Positions 31,104-34,672 of a stretch of 34,672 nt of DNA are shown in pieces. The stretch lies in assembly GCA_043228905.1 (NCBI GenBank), contig JBHGNT010000327.1, positions 1 through 34,672 of the forward strand. Reading direction: 5' to 3'. Source of the DNA: Azolla caroliniana. Lineage: Eukaryota > Plantae > Polypodiophyta. The position numbers and the translations under genes are program-made. The stretch's first letter is position 1, and each line of letters opens with the position of its first letter. Under the pieces are notes generated by a model, which was given only the letters and a program-made list of their open reading frames with translations, was not told the DNA's origin and ran no database searches.

Positions 31104-34100
31104 TTATTGCGTAATGTCTTCAGTACTCCCCCTCAAGCTTGGCAGGTCAGGGATCGTCAATTCGAGATCGGTCATGAATTGCCATAGCTTGTCGGCTCCT
31201 AAGGCTTTAGTGAAGATGTCGGCCGTTTGAAGATTTGTGCTAATGTGTTGTAGGTCGACATCGCCAGCTAGAACGTGCTCTCGGATGAAGTGATAGTGCA
31301 CTTCGATGTGCTTTGTCCGTGCGTGGAACACTGGGTTCTGAGCCAAATAAATATTGCTCATGTTGTCGCAGTAAAGGGGAGTCGGATCCTTGATGGGAAC
31401 GCCCAAATCCTTCAAAATCCTCTTAAGCCATACGGCTTCACATGCAGCTACGGCTGCGCCCCTATATTCCGCCTCCGTACTCGAAAGAGCGATGGTAGGC
31501 TGCTTATTTCTACTCCAGGATATTGCTCCGCTGCCGAGGGAGAAAACAAATCCGGAGGTTGATCTTCTATCAGCTTTGTAGCCGGCCCAATCGGCGTCTG
31601 CGTACCCTTTGAGTCGTATTGGCATCGCAGTCTTGTAGAGGATGCCGCAATCCATTGTGCCGCTCACGTATCGTAGAACTCACTTAGCACAATCCAAGTG
31701 AGTATCACGCGGTGTTTGCATGAATTGACTAAGGAGACCAACCGGATAACTGAGATCGGGTCGAGTGATCGTGAGGTAGATGAGACTCTCGATGAGTTGC
31801 CGATACTAAGTCGGCTCACACGCTTTGGTGCCGGAGTTCGCATCTAGTTTGAGATTACGATCGAGGGGGGTGGCCACGGATTTGCACTCAGCCATCCCGA
31901 ACTTGTATAATAAGTTGAGGATGTAGTGCCGTTGAGAGATCATGATTCCGGCCGGAGTCCGAATTACCTCGATGCCGAGGAAGTAGTGGAGCTCCTTCAT
32001 GTCCATCATCTCGAACTTGTCGGAAAGGAGGGATTTGACCTTAGTGATTTCGCCGAGATGCTCACCTCCAATGACTAGGTCATCCACATATAAGATGATG
32101 ACGATCGGACTTGCGGAATCGCTTCGTATGTAGAGGGAGTTGTCCGATTTTGACATACGGAAGCCGATTTGATGAAGATATTGCGTTATCTTCGAATGCC
32201 AAGCACGCGGTGCTTGCTTGAGGCCGTAGAGTGGCTTCTTGAGTCGGCAAACAACTTTCGGATGGGTGCTCGAGTTGAAGCCGGGTGGTTGGATCATGTA
32301 CACCTCCTCTTCTAATTCGCCTTGTAGAAAGGCGTTCTTGACGTCCATTTGATGGAGGTGTCACCCTTTCGCCGCGACAATCGCAATTACGGTCCGCACC
32401 GTCGTCATCTTTGCCATCGGGGCAAAGGTCTCTTCGTAGTCGATGCCATGTGTTTGAGCGTATCCTTTCGCTACGAGTCAAGCTTTGTAGCGGTTTACGG
32501 AGCCATCAGTGTTATACTTCACCTTGTAGATCCATCTGCATCCAATCGCCTTTTTGTGTGGTGAGGTGGGAACGAGATCCCACCTCTCGTTCTTCCGTAG
32601 TGCCTGCATCTCCTCGTTCATTGCTTCGATCCATCGCGGGTCCTTCGCAACTTTCGAAAAGGTTTCCGGCTCCCGTATTGTCGCTACCTTCATCATAAAG
32701 GCGTAATGGTACACCATATAATCGTTGTAGCCAAATCGGCTTACGGGGTTCTTTTCACGAGTGGATCGGCGGAGCTTTTCATTTGCAAAGATGAGGGCTT
32801 TCTTGGCTCCGATTGGTACCTCGAAACCGTCGAACTCACTGTCGAATGAGTGAGTCGACTCATCGTCGTTGTAGCGATCGTCTTCGTATTCCGAAATTTT
32901 CGCCTTGCCTTTGTCCATCTTCGGGCTAGGTTGTGATGTGCTTTCATCGCTCAAAGGCTCTTGTGGTCCGCTTAATCGAGTCGTGATCGGACTTTCTTCG
33001 AATATGCGCATAAGGCGATCTTCATCCTCGATCTCTTGTTCCGGGTCAAGCGGAGTCGGAGTTGGTGTTGTCTCTGGTGCGTACCAGGATGCGGACTCGT
33101 CAAAAACGACATCTCGTCTTACTTGAGATTTTCGAGTTGAGGGGTTGTAGCACTTGTACCCCTTTTGCTCCAATGAGTATCCTACGAGGATACATTTCTA
33201 CGACTTCGGGTCAAGCTTTTGACGCTTCTCGTCGGGGATGTGCACGTACGCTATCGCGCTGAATATCCGGGTGTGCGATAAGTCCGGCTTCTTTCCGAAG
33301 TATTTTTCGTGCGGAGTGACCTCGTGCACGCCGAATGTTGTGCACCGGTTCATTAGGTAGATGGCCGTATTTGTAGCTTCGGCCCAATATGACTTGGCAT
33401 TTGCTTCTCGTTCATCATGGCTCGCGCTACTTCGAGGATGTGCCAATTTTTGCGCTCGGCTACTCCGTTTTGTTGTAGAGTGTGTCGCCAAGTGAATTCT
33501 CGCCGAATTCCTTCCTTTCAGAGATACGCCGTGAAATCGTCCGAGAAATACTCCTTGCCGCCATCCGATCGAAGGCATCGTACATGTCAGCCCGTGGCTT
33601 TCTCGATTTCATCCTTGAAATTTTGGAAGTGTCTGAACACTTCGCTCTTTTGCCGCATCGGGTAGATCCAAGTGTGCCTAGAGAAGTCATCGATGAAGAG
33701 CACGTAATATCGGCATCCGCCGAATGTAGCCGTCTGCGCTGGTCCCCATACGTCGAAATGGACTACGTCGAGTAGACCTTTGCTCACGTTTCGCTCTTTC
33801 GGGAATGGGTGTCGGTGTTGCTTGCTGAATTGGCACGCTTCGCATACACCTTCAATCTCCTTCTCTTTGAATGTCGGGAGTCCGATGACGACTCCTTTCG
33901 ATTTCATTGCTTTGAGTTTGTTGAGATTGATGTGGCTGATTCGCTTGTGCCATAGCTCTATGTCGGAGTCGACTTTCGTGTTTTTCGTGAACATGGAGGA
34001 TTTCATCTCGCGTGAATCGAGAATGAACATCCGGCCCTCTCTTCGTTCGTGTGTGATGAGTCGGCCCTCTTTTTTGATGAAGCAACCGCCTTGATTAAAT

Positions 34101-34672
34101 CGAACTTGTATCCCTTGCTTTACAATTTGGCCGACGGAGACCAAATTCTTCGTAATGGTTGGTACATGCAAGACATTTTTAATGTAATTTTGCTTACCTT
34201 CTCTTCCTAACAGAACATTGCCAATGTGCCGAATTGGGTGCGTAGTGTCATCTCCGGTTTCGACATAGCTGGGTCGGTTCGACTCTCAAAGTTCTCGGAA
34301 CCATTCTTGATGCGATGTCATATGGTTCGAGGCACCGAAATCGACGAACCATACGTCTTCCGGACCAGAGGCACTAGTTGAGGTAGCGGCCGACATAGCG
34401 TTTGCTCTATGGTTCATCATGAACATTCCGCCACGGTCGGAGTTGTGCGCATACATTCCGCCATGATCTTCGTAGTCGGAGTTGTGCCCGTACATTTCGC
34501 CACGATCGGAGTTGTGTGCATACATTCCACCACGATCTTCGTAGTCAGAGTTGTGTGCGTAATTCGTGAGTTGTTGGCTTGTGGAAGCCGATTCACGCAT
34601 CTTCTTTCGGCACTCTTCTTTGTGGTGGCCAAGCTTTCCGCAATATCCGCATTCGGTTGCGTTTTGACGGCT
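31104..34672 (-). pseudogene. Copia gag-pol polyprotein, disrupted by 7 in-frame stops and at least 1 frameshift (~33400)
   Basis: ORF fragments 34286-34600, 33587-34171, 33198-33400, 32478-33173, 31806-32348 and 31104-31667 join across single stop codons. Confidence 0.93.
34424..34561 (-). repeat. In-frame tandem repeat between gag zinc knuckle and protease: 2 x 69 bp (39+30 bp subunits)
   Basis: YAHNSDYEDRGGM-YAHNSDRGEM-YGHNSDYEDHGGM-YAHNSDRGGM. Confidence 0.93.

Larger units (their letters stand above)
30335..34672 (-). mobile_element. Ty1/copia LTR retrotransposon (5' part outside window), inactivated
   Basis: Domain order on minus strand: gag zinc knuckle CGYCGKLGHHKEEC, protease WFVDFGASNHMT, pre-integrase LWHKRISH..CEACQFSKQ, integrase [55 protein letters not shown], RNase H YADADWAG/SSTEAEY/HARTKHIEVHYHFIRE, then PPT and LTR. 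INT before RT defines copia. Confidence 0.97.

Noticed and set aside
30756-34094. Plus-strand and alternate-frame ORFs over the copia element, including a possible env-like ORF in the 3' spacer
   Set aside because: Short shadow ORFs expected in GC-richer sequence; no sense-strand ORF or convincing motif in the 290-bp spacer.

Overview
Eukaryotic land-plant genomic DNA: AT-rich, with GT-AG introns and retroelement-swollen introns. This is compatible with a large-genome seed-free plant such as a fern, but the organism cannot be proven from sequence. Left to right: (1) the last three visible exons of an organellar-type guanylate kinase (+, <1-931). (2) A convergent 32-exon gene on the minus strand (23216->2832; manual splice reconstruction gives 7224 nt, about 2407 aa, every junction in phase). 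It encodes a highly divergent RME-8/DNAJC13/GRV2-family protein with all four IWN repeats, but the J-domain appears cleanly excised within a single exon. (3) Three large introns of that gene hold 5'-truncated RTE/RTEX-like LINE pieces of several families. All lie antisense to the host and are often chained head-to-tail at (CT)n/(TTTC)n/(CA)n tails, sharing a covarying 3' stem-loop. (4) A low-complexity upstream region and about 5 kb of decayed AT-rich sequence. (5) A young but inactivated Ty1/copia element (minus strand, 3' LTR about 30335-30828, running off the window in gag), inserted next to an older copia RT remnant. Homology calls come from recalled motifs, not database searches.
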